DNA of 64,000 bases from an uncultured Chloroflexia bacterium (GCA_963728205.1 CAVSIV010000006.1:800001-864000); one strand, 5' to 3'. Positions 1-14,152 are shown, counted from the stretch's first letter. Notes: generated by a model not told the origin, from the sequence alone. Numbers and translations: made by a program.

Positions 1-126
1 TCGTCAGTTTCCGGGCCGGCGGGCGAGACGTAGAACGGCGTACGCGCGTACCATGGAAGGGCTCATCCCGGCACTCGGCTTGACCCTTCCCCAGTCGAGC
101 ACGCGCATCGCGTGAAGGACGTCTGC

Positions 127-2720
<2,594 letters not shown>

Positions 2721-2778
2721 GCGCGCCCGCCCGCCTCGCGGAGATGCTCACGACCCGCGTGCGTGCGACAATCGGCAC

Positions 2779-3789
2779 ATGCCACTCGACGACCTCGGCG
2801 AGTTCGGGCTGATCGACCGCATCGTTGCGCGGCTCGGCGACGCCGCCGCGCGCGACATCCTCGTGCCACCCGGCGACGACGCCGCCGCGTGGGCCGTCGA
2901 GCGCGGCGCGGCGGTCGCCACGATCGACGCGCTCGCCGAGGGCACCCACTGGCGCGCCGACACGATGACCTACTTCGACGTCGGCTGGCGGACCGTCGCC
3001 TGCAACGTCTCGGATCTGGCGGCGATGGGCGCGCGTCCCGGCCACCTGCTCGTCGCAGCGATGCTCGGGCCCGCGCTCACGCTCGACGACCTCGACGCGT
3101 TCATCGACGGCATGGCCGCCGCCTGCCGCCGCCACGGCGTACACGTCGCCGGCGGCAACATCGTGCGGGCCGCCTCGACCGCCTTCACGATCGCCGCGTA
3201 CGGCAGCGCGGCCGTCGACGCCGACGGGCAGGCGCGTGTGCTGCGCCGCAACGGCGCGCGTCCCGGCGACGCGGTCGCCGTCTCCGGCACCCTCGGCGCA
3301 TCCGGCGCCGGCCTCGCCCTGATCCGCGCCGGCAGGGCGGACGAGGCGGCCGCGGCGCCGCTCGTCGAAGTGCATCGCCGGCCCCTCGCGCGCCCCGAGC
3401 TCGGTCTGCGCGCGGTCGCCGCCGGCGTGCGCTGCGGGATCGACGTCTCCGACGGGCTGGCCCAGGACGCCGGTCACCTCGCCGAGCGCTCGCAGGTCGG
3501 CATCGAGATCGCAGCCGCGCAGGTGCCCGTCGCGCCGGGCGCGGCAGCCCTCCTCGGGGACACGGCCGCGCTCGACCAGGCGCTCGGCGGCGGCGAGGAC
3601 TACGAGCTCATCCTCACGGGTCCGCGCGACGTGCTGCGCGCGCTCGAGACGCCCGCGCTGCCGGTCACGCTGATCGGCCGGGTGGTCGCCGACCACCCGG
3701 GGGAAGTGGTGATCTGGACCGACGACGGCCAGCCGTACCATCCGCCCACCGCGGGGTGGGACCAGGTGCGATCGGCGGCCGCGCCATGA
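2779..3789 (+). CDS. thiL: thiamine-monophosphate kinase
   Basis: [39 protein letters not shown] motifs; own ATG at 2779 preceded by a TGcGACAAT -10-like box. Confidence 0.93.
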   Translation: MPLDDLGEFGLIDRIVARLGDAAARDILVPPGDDAAAWAVERGAAVATIDALAEGTHWRADTMTYFDVGWRTVACNVSDLAAMGARPGHLLVAAMLGPALTLDDLDAFIDGMAAACRRHGVHVAGGNIVRAASTAFTIAAYGSAAVDADGQARVLRRNGARPGDAVAVSGTLGASGAGLALIRAGRADEAAAAPLVEVHRRPLARPELGLRAVAAGVRCGIDVSDGLAQDAGHLAERSQVGIEIAAAQVPVAPGAAALLGDTAALDQALGGGEDYELILTGPRDVLRALETPALPVTLIGRVVADHPGEVVIWTDDGQPYHPPTAGWDQVRSAAAP

Positions 3790-4256
3790 GCACCGCCACC
3801 CGCCTCACGCTGACCACCACGGGCGTCGCGAAGACGCGCGCCCTCGGCCGCCGGATGGCGCGGCTGCTGCGACCCGGCGACGTCCTGCTGCTCCAGGGGC
3901 CGCTCGGCGCCGGCAAAACCGCGCTGGCCCAGGGCATCGGAGCGGGGCTCAAGGTGGAGAGCATCGTGAACAGCCCCACCTTCGTGCTGATGGCACGCCA
4001 CGAGGGCAACGTGCCGCTCTACCACGCCGACCTCTACCGGCTGACCGAGCCGGAGGAGGTCGCGGAGCTGGCACTCGGCGAGCAGGCCGCGGACGGCGTC
4101 CTGCTGGTCGAGTGGCCCGAGCGGGGGCTCGACGCGCTCCCCGCCGAGCACCTCCTCGTCGCCCTCGAGCCGCAGCCGGACCACGAGCATGGGCGTCGCA
4201 TCACCCTCGTCGCGGTAGGCGAGCGCTACCGCCGCGTGCTCGACGGGTTGCAGTAG
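3786..4256 (+). CDS. tsaE: tRNA t6A biosynthesis ATPase TsaE
   Basis: GPLGAGKT P-loop, VNSPTF, HADLYRL, VEWPE; ATGA overlap with thiL stop. Confidence 0.93.
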   Translation: MSTATRLTLTTTGVAKTRALGRRMARLLRPGDVLLLQGPLGAGKTALAQGIGAGLKVESIVNSPTFVLMARHEGNVPLYHADLYRLTEPEEVAELALGEQAADGVLLVEWPERGLDALPAEHLLVALEPQPDHEHGRRITLVAVGERYRRVLDGLQ

Positions 4257-4521
4257 CCGCGCGTACCCGGGCGTCTCACGCATCCCTCGCCCGCTGCGGT
4301 CCAGCTCAGTCACGCGACCGCGCGGCCCGCATCAGGCATGTCATTCCCGCAGCAGAAGGCGTCGGCATGGCGTCTGCACCGGCCCGGACCGTCGTGATCG
4401 AGATCAACAGCCTGAGCCGTGAGAAGTCCTCGACGCGGCAGGACGAAGGCCCCACGCAGCGAGCGGGCTCACGGGGTATCGTGCCACGGGCGGACTTCGA
4501 ACCCTGACTCCCCCGGGGGGG

Positions 4522-7500
4522 ATGTCTGTGTCTTTCGATACGTCACACCACGACGCGCCTGTGGGCGACTTTCTCGCTGGCGACAGCGAAATGGCGGCAC
4601 TGACGCGCGCCTTCGACTGGTCGCGCACCCCGGTCGGGCCGATTGCGCGGTGGTCGCGAAGTCTGCGCACGCTGATCCATATGATCGTGTCCTCACCCCA
4701 TCCCATGTTTCTGTGGTGGGGTCCGGAGCTCATCCAGTTCTACAACGATGGCTATCGACCGAGCCTGGGCGATCGCCACCCGAGGGCCCTCGGAGCGCGC
4801 GGGCCAGAGTTCTGGGATGACATCTGGCCGATCATCGGCCCCGACATCGCGGCGGTGACGCAGCGGGGCGAGTCCGTGTGGCACACGGACCGCCTGGTAC
4901 CAATCATCCGCAACGGCCGGCTGCAGGAAGTCTATTGGACCTATAGCTACAGCCCCGTGCTCGACGACGACGGCAGCGTCGGCGGGGCACTGGTCACGGT
5001 CCAGGAGACGACACCCCGGGTCCTCACGGAACGTCGCATGTCGATGCTGTGGCGCATCGCCGAGCGCACCGCTGCCGAAGCGAGAAACGTCGCCGACGCA
5101 TTCCGCATTACCGCCGACGTGCTCGTCGAGAACGATGCCGACATTACGTTCACACTGCTCTATTTCCTCGATCGGGATGCGCAGACGTTGCGCCTGGCCA
5201 GCCGCGGGAACGACGTGCCGCCCGCCGCTGCTCCGGAGTCCGTCGACCTCGCCGAGGCAGCCCCCGATCGGGGTGGCTGGCCGCTCGCGGAAGTCGCACG
5301 ATCCGGCAGGGCGGTGCTCGTCACCGACCTCCCGTCACGAGGGGTCGCCCTCCCGGGCGGACGCTGGCCGGAACCGACTGACAGCGCGATGGTCATTCCG
5401 ATCGCGAGCCAGGGCGAGTTGGATGGCGTGCTGGTCGCCGGGCTGAGCCCCCGTCTCGGCATCGACGAGCACTATCGGAACTTCCTGGATCTGGTCGCGA
5501 ACCAGATCGCCGGAGCGATCAACAACGGCCGGAGCCACGAGGTTGAGCGCGCGCGCGCCCAGGCGCTCGCGGAACTGGATCGAGCCAAGACGGCGTTCTT
5601 CGCCAACGTCAGCCATGAGTTCCGGACGCCGCTGACCCTCATGCTGGGTCCGCTCGAGGACCTGCTCGCGCGGCCTGCTTCAACACTGGCGCCCGAGGAC
5701 CATGAGGCGCTGATGGTGATGCATCGCAACGGACGCCGCCTGCTCAAGCTCGTGAACACGCTGCTCGACTTCTCCCGGATCGAAGCCGGCCGCGCTCACG
5801 CCGCCTATGAGGCGACGGACATCGCCACCTACACCGCGAATCTCGCGAGCGTGTTCCGGGCGGCCATCGAACGAGCGGGGATGAGGCTGACGGTGACGTG
5901 CCCGCCCCTCGCCGAACCCGTCTTCGTCGACCGGGATATGTGGGAGAAGATCGTTCTGAATCTCGTATCGAACGCCTTCAAGTACACGTTCGCGGGCGAG
6001 ATCACGGTGACGGTCGGTCTCGAGGACGGACGCGCGGTGCTCACGGTGCGTGACACCGGTATCGGCATCCCCGCCCATGAGCTCCCCAACCTCTTCAACC
6101 GTTTCCATCGCGTCGAAGGCGCGCAGGGCCGAACCCAGGAGGGGACGGGGATCGGGCTGGCGATGGTGCAGGAGCTGGTTCACCTGCACGGCGGGACCGT
6201 CACGGTCGAGAGCGTGCTCAACGAGGGCAGCAGCTTCCAGGTGGCGATTCCGCTGGGCACCGCCCATCTCCCCGCCGAACACATCACCACCGAACGGGCT
6301 GGTGCCGCCCCGCTGCCCGCCACCGACTTCGTCGAAGAGGCGCTGCGATGGCTCCCCGACCCCGAGGCTGAAGCGCAGCCGTCCGAGCTGCTGCCAGTCG
6401 AAGCCTCACCACATCCTGGACGATCGGGCCCCAGACCGACGGTGCTGCTCGCCGACGACAACGCGGACATGCGTGCGTACGTCACTCGTCTGCTCGCCGA
6501 CCAGTACAACGTGATCGCGGTGTCGGATGGCCAGGAAGCCCTCCGCAGCGCGCAGGAGGTCCAGCTCGACATCGTCGTCAGTGACGTGATGATGCCTCGC
6601 CTCGATGGGTTCTCCTTGCTGCAGGCCTTACGAATGAACCCGGCGACGAGCTCGATCCCCGTCATCCTGCTCTCTGCGCGTGCAGGGGAGGAGGCGCGGA
6701 TCGATGGCCTCAGGGCCGGCGCCGACGATTACCTCACGAAGCCGTTCAGCGCGCGAGAGCTCGTTGCCCGGGTGGAAGCTCACCTCAAGCTCGCCGCCAT
6801 GCGTGCGGAGGGGATCCGTCTCGCCGCCGCAGCACGCGAGCGCATGGAATCCGCGATGGAGCAGGCGCCGGCGGCGCTCTGCCTGCTCACCGGGCCAGAC
6901 CATGTCTTCGTGCTCGCCAACCCGCCCTATCTCGAACTCATGCGTGTGCACTCCGTGATCGGCAAACCCATGCGCGAGGCGCTGCCGGACGCTGAGGGCC
7001 AGGGCCAAATCGAGCTGCTCGACCGGGTGTACCAGACCGGCGAGCCATATGTAGGGACTGAGCATCATCTCGAACTCGATCGCAACGGCGACGGGACGTA
7101 TGAATCGCTGTACATGAACTTCGTCTACGCCCCGACCCGGGATACGCGGGGCGTCATCGACGGCATCTTCATCCACCTCTATGACGTCACTCAGCAGGTT
7201 GAGGCGCGCGTGGCCGCGGAGGATGCTGCGCGAGCGAGGGACCAATTCCTCTCGATCGCTTCGCACGAGCTGCGCAGCCCCGTCACGGCATTGAAGGGGA
7301 CCGCCCAGTTCCTGCGACGGGCACAGGCAAATGGACGGCTGACGGAGGAACGGCTCGACACGCTGCTGGCGACGCTTGAAGCGAGTGCCAATCGTCTCGC
7401 GACGCTGATCGACGACCTGCTCGACGTCGCGAGGCTGCAGCGCGGCGATTTGCCCCTTCGACGAACGCCCACGGACATGTCGCATCTGGTGCGCGAGCTC

Positions 7501-7923
7501 GTACGCCACGGGGAGTGGGGTGAGGCCCAGTTCGTGATGGACGCGGAACCTGACCTCGAGGTGACGATCGATCCGGACCGGATCGGCCAGGTGGTATCGA
7601 ACCTCCTGGATAATGCGGTGAAATACTCGCCCCCCGGCGAGCCAATCAGCGTGCGCCTTCGGACGCGCGATGAGGGTGTCCTGCTCGAGATTCAGGACTC
7701 GGGGATCGGTCTCCCGGCTGACTCCCTCGAGTCGATCTTCATCCCGTTCGGGCGCGCCGCCAATGCCCAGCGTACGAATATTCCGGGGCTGGGCCTCGGC
7801 CTCCATGTATCCAGGCGCATCGCCGAGCAACACGGCGGCAGGCTCTGGGCCGAGAGCGACGGCGAGGGTATGGGCACGCTGATGTCGTTGTGGCTTCCCT
7901 CCGGGGAGGACGTGGAGGTGTAA
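4522..7923 (+). CDS. hybrid sensor histidine kinase (PAS/GAF-HisKA-HATPase-REC-PAS-HisKA-HATPase)
   Basis: two H-boxes (SHEFRTPLT, SHELRSPVT), N/G boxes, receiver DDN...SDVMMP...YLTKPF. Confidence 0.9.
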   Translation: MSVSFDTSHHDAPVGDFLAGDSEMAALTRAFDWSRTPVGPIARWSRSLRTLIHMIVSSPHPMFLWWGPELIQFYNDGYRPSLGDRHPRALGARGPEFWDDIWPIIGPDIAAVTQRGESVWHTDRLVPIIRNGRLQEVYWTYSYSPVLDDDGSVGGALVTVQETTPRVLTERRMSMLWRIAERTAAEARNVADAFRITADVLVENDADITFTLLYFLDRDAQTLRLASRGNDVPPAAAPESVDLAEAAPDRGGWPLAEVARSGRAVLVTDLPSRGVALPGGRWPEPTDSAMVIPIASQGELDGVLVAGLSPRLGIDEHYRNFLDLVANQIAGAINNGRSHEVERARAQALAELDRAKTAFFANVSHEFRTPLTLMLGPLEDLLARPASTLAPEDHEALMVMHRNGRRLLKLVNTLLDFSRIEAGRAHAAYEATDIATYTANLASVFRAAIERAGMRLTVTCPPLAEPVFVDRDMWEKIVLNLVSNAFKYTFAGEITVTVGLEDGRAVLTVRDTGIGIPAHELPNLFNRFHRVEGAQGRTQEGTGIGLAMVQELVHLHGGTVTVESVLNEGSSFQVAIPLGTAHLPAEHITTERAGAAPLPATDFVEEALRWLPDPEAEAQPSELLPVEASPHPGRSGPRPTVLLADDNADMRAYVTRLLADQYNVIAVSDGQEALRSAQEVQLDIVVSDVMMPRLDGFSLLQALRMNPATSSIPVILLSARAGEEARIDGLRAGADDYLTKPFSARELVARVEAHLKLAAMRAEGIRLAAAARERMESAMEQAPAALCLLTGPDHVFVLANPPYLELMRVHSVIGKPMREALPDAEGQGQIELLDRVYQTGEPYVGTEHHLELDRNGDGTYESLYMNFVYAPTRDTRGVIDGIFIHLYDVTQQVEARVAAEDAARARDQFLSIASHELRSPVTALKGTAQFLRRAQANGRLTEERLDTLLATLEASANRLATLIDDLLDVARLQRGDLPLRRTPTDMSHLVRELVRHGEWGEAQFVMDAEPDLEVTIDPDRIGQVVSNLLDNAVKYSPPGEPISVRLRTRDEGVLLEIQDSGIGLPADSLESIFIPFGRAANAQRTNIPGLGLGLHVSRRIAEQHGGRLWAESDGEGMGTLMSLWLPSGEDVEV

Positions 7924-8173
7924 CGCCGCCCCGGTCGCGAATCGACAACCGGCGGAGCGCCCTGCCGAGCTGCGACTCCACCCCGACATCGTCGCGGAGA
8001 CGACGCCGGGTGGTGAGCTGCCGGGGCGCGGCCTTCGAGCTCTGTGGCCTGTGGCCGAAATCGCGATGCGCACGTCTGACCCTGCGGGCGCGCGGCCGAT
8101 TCTGTGGGTCGGCCCGACTGCCACGCCGGGCTCGTACGGGGATTTGCAACCACTCGCGAGATATGCCCGGCGG

Positions 8174-8242
8174 CTAGAGGAGGACGCGGAGGAGCACGAT
8201 GACCAGAATGATCACCAGAACGGTGCCTATACCGATATACAT
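8174..8242 (-). CDS. 22-aa hydrophobic small membrane peptide MYIGIGTVLVIILVIVLLRVLL
   Basis: strong GAGAGGAG RBS before the ATG, single TM-like helix, degenerate paralog at ~14.1 kb. Confidence 0.65.
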   Translation of the reverse strand: MYIGIGTVLVIILVIVLLRVLL

Positions 8243-8583
8243 GCCGATATCTCCTCTCGCCGCAGCTATTTCGCAGAGGTTTGCAGGCGCCGCATGCTGC
8301 GAGTGCAACGCGCTGGCGAAATGCGTCGGGATTCCATGCCAGTTTTCTGTGTCACCTGGATGATCGGCGCCTGGCGGCCGAGCCCGCTCGCCCGTCCTGT
8401 CCGTCAGGGATGATCGCGTCCGCGCGCTCCGAGCGGCATCCCGCCACGATCCGCTCGTCCGCCCACTCGAGCAGCCCGGTGTTGTCGCGCCGATGACCAT
8501 GTCCCCGTTCGCGGCGACTGCCGCCCGGCCGACCCTGCCTGGCGCCGCTCGCCTGCGGGCGGGACAGACCGTAGCCTCCTCAC

Positions 8584-9309
8584 ATGGGCATCGACCTCGC
8601 GATCGACACCGCCGGCGACGACGCCTCGCTCGCGCTCCTCGACGGCGACCGCGTGGTCGCCGAGCGCGCCTGGCACATCGAGACGAACGTCACGCAGGAA
8701 CTGCTCGGCGCGCTCGATGCGCTCTTCGTCGAGGCAGGCGTGGCGCGCGACGCCGTCGCACGGATCGCCGTCGACGTCGGGCCGGGCGGCTACAGCGGGC
8801 TGCGCTCCGGCGTCGCCGCCGCGCAGGGCATCGCGCTCGCGCTCGGCGTGCCGCTCGCCGGCGTCTCGCGCCTCGAGGCCGACGCGTACCCGCACCTGCT
8901 CGCCCGCCCGCGCGGCACCCCCGTCGTCGCCGCGCACGACGCCGGACGCTCCGGCATCGCGTGGGCCGCCTACACGCTGCCGCCCGCGCCGGAGGCGCTC
9001 GAGGCGGAGGGACGGAGCGCGCCGCCCGACGCCCTCGTCGCCGCGCGGCTCGATCCCGCCGTCGACGCCGTGGCCGCGGCGCCCGCCGGCGCCCCCTGGT
9101 GCGGGGAGGCGAGCGACGAGCTGCGTGCCGCCCTCGCCGACCGCGCCGCGCGAGACGCTGAGCCGGGGAACGGCGACACTGTGCCACGGCTCGAGGCGCG
9201 TGCGGTCACGATCGTCCGGCTCGCGCGCCTGCACGACGCCTTCGGCGACCCCGCGCTCGTGGACGTCGTCTACCTCCGACCGCCGTCGATCACGAAGCCA
9301 AAGCGCTAG
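8584..9309 (+). CDS. tsaB: tRNA t6A biosynthesis protein TsaB
   Basis: LAIDTA, GPGGYSGLRSG, GVSRLEA, C-terminal YLRPP. Confidence 0.9.
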   Translation: MGIDLAIDTAGDDASLALLDGDRVVAERAWHIETNVTQELLGALDALFVEAGVARDAVARIAVDVGPGGYSGLRSGVAAAQGIALALGVPLAGVSRLEADAYPHLLARPRGTPVVAAHDAGRSGIAWAAYTLPPAPEALEAEGRSAPPDALVAARLDPAVDAVAAAPAGAPWCGEASDELRAALADRAARDAEPGNGDTVPRLEARAVTIVRLARLHDAFGDPALVDVVYLRPPSITKPKR

Positions 9310-9339
9310 CCAACGCGCACAGCAGAGAGGACCCGATTC

Positions 9340-9789
9340 GTGGAGCGCACCCTGATCCTGGTGAAGCCCGACGCCATGCAGCGCGGCCTGGCGTTCGAAG
9401 TGCTCGGCCGGCTCGAGCGCCGCGGCCTGCGGCTCGCCGGCCTGCGCCTGCTCCAGGTCGACGAGGCGATGGCGAAGCGCCACTACGGCGAGCACGAGGG
9501 CAAGCCGTTCTTCCAGGGGCTCGTGAGCTACATCACGTCGTCGCCGATCATCGCCGCCGTCTTCGAGGGCACGAACGCCGTCGCCGCCGCGCGCCAGACC
9601 ATGGGCGCGACGAAGCCCACCGAGTCCGCGCCCGGCACCATCCGCGGCGACCTCGGCCTGGAGATCGGCCGCAACCTCGTGCACGGCTCCGACAGCCCGC
9701 AGAGCGCGGAGCGCGAGATCGGCATCTTCTTCGAAGGCCAGCCCGTGCTCGACTGGAAGCGCGACACCGACCGCTGGGTGTTCGAGTAG
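9340..9789 (+). CDS. ndk: nucleoside diphosphate kinase
   Basis: ERTLILVKPDA, PGTIRGD, NLVHGSDS. Confidence 0.97.
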   Translation: MERTLILVKPDAMQRGLAFEVLGRLERRGLRLAGLRLLQVDEAMAKRHYGEHEGKPFFQGLVSYITSSPIIAAVFEGTNAVAAARQTMGATKPTESAPGTIRGDLGLEIGRNLVHGSDSPQSAEREIGIFFEGQPVLDWKRDTDRWVFE

Positions 9790-10271
9790 CGATGCCGGCC
9801 GGTCGCCGACACGCTCGGCGGCCCATCGAAGCTCGTGCCCACGCGATGCATGCGATCAGCCATCGGTAGTCACCACATGACGAAGGTCCCACGCGCGGCT
9901 GCGATCGCCCCCGAACGCCCGCATCTGAACATCTAGCGGTCCGGACGGTCTCGGACCGTCGGAGCGCGAGAGTCCCTCGACCGAGGCCCTACTATTGTCA
10001 GGTCGCACCCACGCCCGATGAACGCCGCGCTGGTCATGCTCGAATGCTCGGCAGGCGTCTTGCCCGTGATCATCGTGCGGGCGCCGGCCGGTCGGGGACT
10101 CGAATATTGGAGAATGCCATCAGGCTGCGTCGCTCGGCTGACCGTGGCGGAACGCGGACAACGCTTCGCTCTGCGATGGCGCGAACTGACGGTGCGAAGT
10201 TCGCGACCCCTCTGAGCAGCAAGCCCATCGCCTGTTCGCGCCTCCCTCGCGGGACGCGGGGGTCCTGAGCG

Positions 10272-12323
10272 GTGCCGCGAGACCTGACGCTCGGCAACGG
10301 ACGGATGCTCGTCACTTTTGATTCGAGGTATTCCCTCAGCGACATCTACTACCCGCACATCGGTACTGAGAACCATGCGTATCAGCGGCACTCTCGGCTT
10401 GGTGTATGGGCAGATGGGGATTTCGCGTGGCTCGATGACTCGAGTTGGGAGCGCTCACTGCGTTACGCCGACCACACGCTTGTCACGCGCGTGGAGGCAC
10501 GCAACGCGCGCCTGGGTCTCCACCTTACGCTCGCCGACGCCGTGGACTTCGATCGCAATGTGCTATTGCGAAGATTCACCGTCATAAACACCTCCCCCAC
10601 CCCGGCCGAGGTGCGACTTTTCCTGCACCTCGACATCGCACTCGGTGGAAATTCTGTCGGAGATACGGTGTTCTATCATCCCGAATATGGCGCGCTCGTC
10701 GCCTACAAGAACGTGCACTATTTGTTGCTGAGCGGGCAGACCTCCGAGCGAACAGGACTCGATGGCTGGACAGCGTCTCCAAAGGGTGCCGGCTACGGAA
10801 GCTGGGTCGATGCCGAAGATGGCGCGCTGAACGGAACGCCACTAGCGTTCGGGGCGGTCGACTGCGTCGGCGAGCTGCGCCTGGGCACAGTGCTGCCCGA
10901 CCGCCCGACAGTCGCCCACGGATGGCTGGCAGCGGCGTCGAGCCTCGAGGATGTGGGAGAGCTCCACGCGAGCGTGCTCGGACGCGGCCCCGATAGTTAC
11001 ATCGAGCGGACACGGCACTACTGGCACGGTTGGGTCGCGAAGGAGGGTGAGCGACTCTCCGGACTCGAGATCTTGCCGAAAGCGGTCCAGGAGCTCTACG
11101 TACGAAGCCTGTTGCTCGCCCGCGCGCAGACAGATGCGGCCGGCGCGATCGTGGCGTCCCCGGACTCTGACATCTCCGGCGCGTACAGCCCGACCGGCAA
11201 GTCCGTGGCGCCGGTGACCGATCTGTTCCGCGGACACGAGAACTATGCGTACTGCTGGCCGCGTGACGGGTCGTTCGTGGCGATCGCCCTCAATGACGCC
11301 GGGTACGACCCCGCCGCCCGGCGCTTTCTTGAGTTCTGCGCGCGCAACATGAGCCAGAGCAGGGACGGTCGTCACGCATACATGTTGCAGAAGTACCTCT
11401 CGAACGGATCGGTGGCCAGCAACGTCATTGCCTGGATCGATGACCGGGGCGCTTCACGACTCCCCATCCAGGAGGACGAGACTGCACTTGTGCTCATCGC
11501 GCTACGCAACCACTACGAACGAACGCATGACTGGGAGTTCGTCGCATCGCTTTACCACGGGATGATGACGAAGATGGCGAATTTCCTGGCTGATTTCCGC
11601 GATCCCGCGACGGGACTGCCCCTCCCCAGCCAGGACCTCTGGGAGGAGGGCGAAGGCGTCCACGCGTTCACTGTGGCGACCGTCTGGCGGGCGTTGCGTG
11701 ACGTCGCGTATTTCACGGAGTTATTCAGCGAGCCGGCGCTGACTGAGCTGTACCTGCGGGCGGCAGACGAAATCAAGCGCGGCGTCGAGGAGCACATCTA
11801 TGATGACGCTGCAGGGCGGTTTGCCCGCGCTCTCCGTCGTGACCACCTCGGGCGCTACCAGCGCGACTCGACGGTCGATGCGAGTCTCTGGGCCCTTTCG
11901 TACTTTGGCATGTTCGACGCCGACGATCCGCGCATGGTCGCGACGATGGCAAGCGTGGAATCCACGCTTACAGTCGCCGGCGAGCATGGTGGGCTCGCAC
12001 GCTACGAGGGTGACCGCTACCAACAGCGGCAGCGGGCCGCCGACATGGGCGTCGCCGGCAACCCGTGGTTCTTGTGCACCCTCTGGCTCGCGCAGTACAA
12101 GGTGCAGCGCGCGAAGCACCTGGCTGATCTCGAGCCGGCGCTCCGCTTGATCGAGCGCGTGGCCGCCGGTGCACTCCCCAGCGGCGCCCTGCCGGAGCAG
12201 ATCGATCCGGCGTCCGGCGAGCCGGCGGGCGCCACGCCGCTGACATGGGCGCATGGGACCGTCGTCTTGACCGTACTTCAGTACCTTGCAACGAGGGCTG
12301 GCCTCGTGACCCGCTCGGAATGA
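10272..12323 (+). CDS. glycoside hydrolase family 15 (glucoamylase-like)
   Basis: LGNG start, YAYCWPRDG, QEDETA, DLWEE, LPEQID, PLTWAH motifs. Confidence 0.88.
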   Translation: MPRDLTLGNGRMLVTFDSRYSLSDIYYPHIGTENHAYQRHSRLGVWADGDFAWLDDSSWERSLRYADHTLVTRVEARNARLGLHLTLADAVDFDRNVLLRRFTVINTSPTPAEVRLFLHLDIALGGNSVGDTVFYHPEYGALVAYKNVHYLLLSGQTSERTGLDGWTASPKGAGYGSWVDAEDGALNGTPLAFGAVDCVGELRLGTVLPDRPTVAHGWLAAASSLEDVGELHASVLGRGPDSYIERTRHYWHGWVAKEGERLSGLEILPKAVQELYVRSLLLARAQTDAAGAIVASPDSDISGAYSPTGKSVAPVTDLFRGHENYAYCWPRDGSFVAIALNDAGYDPAARRFLEFCARNMSQSRDGRHAYMLQKYLSNGSVASNVIAWIDDRGASRLPIQEDETALVLIALRNHYERTHDWEFVASLYHGMMTKMANFLADFRDPATGLPLPSQDLWEEGEGVHAFTVATVWRALRDVAYFTELFSEPALTELYLRAADEIKRGVEEHIYDDAAGRFARALRRDHLGRYQRDSTVDASLWALSYFGMFDADDPRMVATMASVESTLTVAGEHGGLARYEGDRYQQRQRAADMGVAGNPWFLCTLWLAQYKVQRAKHLADLEPALRLIERVAAGALPSGALPEQIDPASGEPAGATPLTWAHGTVVLTVLQYLATRAGLVTRSE

Positions 12324-12420
12324 CGCCGGCACTCGAACGCGGTGGTTGCCCGGGCCCGGCAGGACCGGTGGGTCGAGGCGATGCCGCCGCGTAGCACGAT
12401 TGCCGCCGACAAGGGAAGCG

Positions 12421-14010
12421 ATGATGTCTTCACTCCGATGGTGGCAGTCGAGCATGATCTACCAGGTTCTCGCTTCGTCCTTCATGGACACCAATGGCGA
12501 CGGCGAAGGTGACCTCCAAGGGATAATCGAACGGCTGGACTATCTCCAGTGGCTGGGTGCCACGGCGATTTGGCTCACGCCGATCTATCCGTCGCCGATG
12601 GCCGACCTCGGCTACGACGTGAGTGACTACACCGGGGTCGGCTCCCGGTTCGGATCGCTCGAGGACTTCGATCGCCTCGTGAGCGACGCGCACGCACGCG
12701 GTATCAAGATCATCATGGATTGGGTCCCGAACCACACATCCGACCAGCATCCGTGGTTCGTAGAGTCACGCTCCAGCCGCGATAGTCGGCGACGTGACTG
12801 GTACATCTGGCGACCTGCGACAGGCACCAACTCCCCGCCAACCAACTGGCGCGCGGTGTTTGGCGGCAGCGCCTGGGAGTGGGACGAAGCGACTGGAGAG
12901 TTTTACTATCACTCGTTCCTCGAGTCGCAACCGGACTTGAATTGGCGGAACCCGGAGGTTCAAGCGGCTGTCTTGGACGCGATGCGGTTCTGGCTACGGA
13001 TCGGCGTCGACGGCTTTCGTGTCGATGCGGCCTCGTGGCTCATCAAGGATGAACAGTTCCGCGACAATCCGCCCAATCCAAACTATCACCCCGAGAGCGA
13101 TGGCCCGGATCAAGAAGTCATACCTCTGTACACATGGGACCAGCCGGGCGTGCATGAGGTATTAGCGAACATGCGCCGAGTGGTTGATGAGTTCGACGAT
13201 CGGCTGCTTGCGGGGGAACTGGTGTTACCCATCGAGAGCATGGTGCAGTACTACGGAAGACAGCATCCGGAATTGCACCTGCCGCTGAACATGCACCCGA
13301 TATGGGCAAACTGGAGCGCTGAGGACCTCGGCACAGTCATCGAAACCTACGAACGAGAGCGGCCCGCGAGCGGCTGGCCAACCTGGACGCTCAGTACTCA
13401 CGATTTCTCGCGTATCGCCTCGCGTCTTCCTGGCGACCAGACGCGGGTCGCAGCCATGCTACTGCTCACCCTGGGGGGAACGCCGACGCACTACTACGGC
13501 GAAGAGGTCGGGATGCGAGGAGTCGCCATCGCGCCGGAAGACGCCAAGGACCCCCAGGGACGGCGCATCGGTCGAAACCGCGATCCCGCGCGCACGCCGA
13601 TGCAGTGGGACGCGAGTCCTACGGCAGGATTCACGACGGGCGATCCATGGCTCCCCATCGGGGACGACGTGCGAGCAGCCAACGTAGCGGCGCAGAAAGA
13701 GGACCCGCACTCCCTGCTCACGCTCTATCGTCGCCTGATCGAGCTGCGCGCGCGACACCCGACGTTGGTGGCGGGTTCCCTTGAAGTTGTCTCGCGGCAG
13801 AATCCGCTGCTGGTCTACCGGCGTGCGAGCGAGGATGGGCACTATCTCGTCGTGCTCAACATGAGTGACGACCCGCAATCCTACGATATCTGGCAGGCTC
13901 GCGGCCAACTCTTGCTGTCAACGTTTCTGGACCGGCAAAACGAGGAGATCAGGGACAGGCTCGAGTTGCGAGCGAACGAGGGAATACTCGTGCGAATGTC
14001 ATACGTATAA
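12421..14010 (+). CDS. GH13 alpha-glucosidase / alpha-amylase family
   Basis: WWQ..IYQ, DTNGDGEGDL, DLGYDVSDY, VPNHTS, GVDGFRVDA, RDPARTPMQW. Confidence 0.92.
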   Translation: MMSSLRWWQSSMIYQVLASSFMDTNGDGEGDLQGIIERLDYLQWLGATAIWLTPIYPSPMADLGYDVSDYTGVGSRFGSLEDFDRLVSDAHARGIKIIMDWVPNHTSDQHPWFVESRSSRDSRRRDWYIWRPATGTNSPPTNWRAVFGGSAWEWDEATGEFYYHSFLESQPDLNWRNPEVQAAVLDAMRFWLRIGVDGFRVDAASWLIKDEQFRDNPPNPNYHPESDGPDQEVIPLYTWDQPGVHEVLANMRRVVDEFDDRLLAGELVLPIESMVQYYGRQHPELHLPLNMHPIWANWSAEDLGTVIETYERERPASGWPTWTLSTHDFSRIASRLPGDQTRVAAMLLLTLGGTPTHYYGEEVGMRGVAIAPEDAKDPQGRRIGRNRDPARTPMQWDASPTAGFTTGDPWLPIGDDVRAANVAAQKEDPHSLLTLYRRLIELRARHPTLVAGSLEVVSRQNPLLVYRRASEDGHYLVVLNMSDDPQSYDIWQARGQLLLSTFLDRQNEEIRDRLELRANEGILVRMSYV

Positions 14011-14089
14011 CCCCGGAGCTCGTCGACGGTTGTCGACCCGCATCTGTTGAGACTCGGGCCGCGGGTGTCGCCACGAGAACTCTCGGCGC

Positions 14090-14152
14090 GGCCCGGCAAA
14101 CGAAACCGCGATGAAGATCAGAATGATAACGAGGACCGTCCCAATACCGCAT
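14090..14152 (-). pseudogene. frameshifted paralog of the 8174-8242 small peptide
   Basis: RBS GGGAGAGGAG and ATG followed out of frame by GIGTVLVIILIFIAV; 5 nt (TATAT) missing relative to the first copy; 3' end approximate. Confidence 0.55.

Noticed and set aside
4478-4508. tRNA-like fragment GTGCCACGGGCGGACTTCGAACCC as an att site
   Set aside because: Too short and degenerate; no cloverleaf, matching tRNA or integrase
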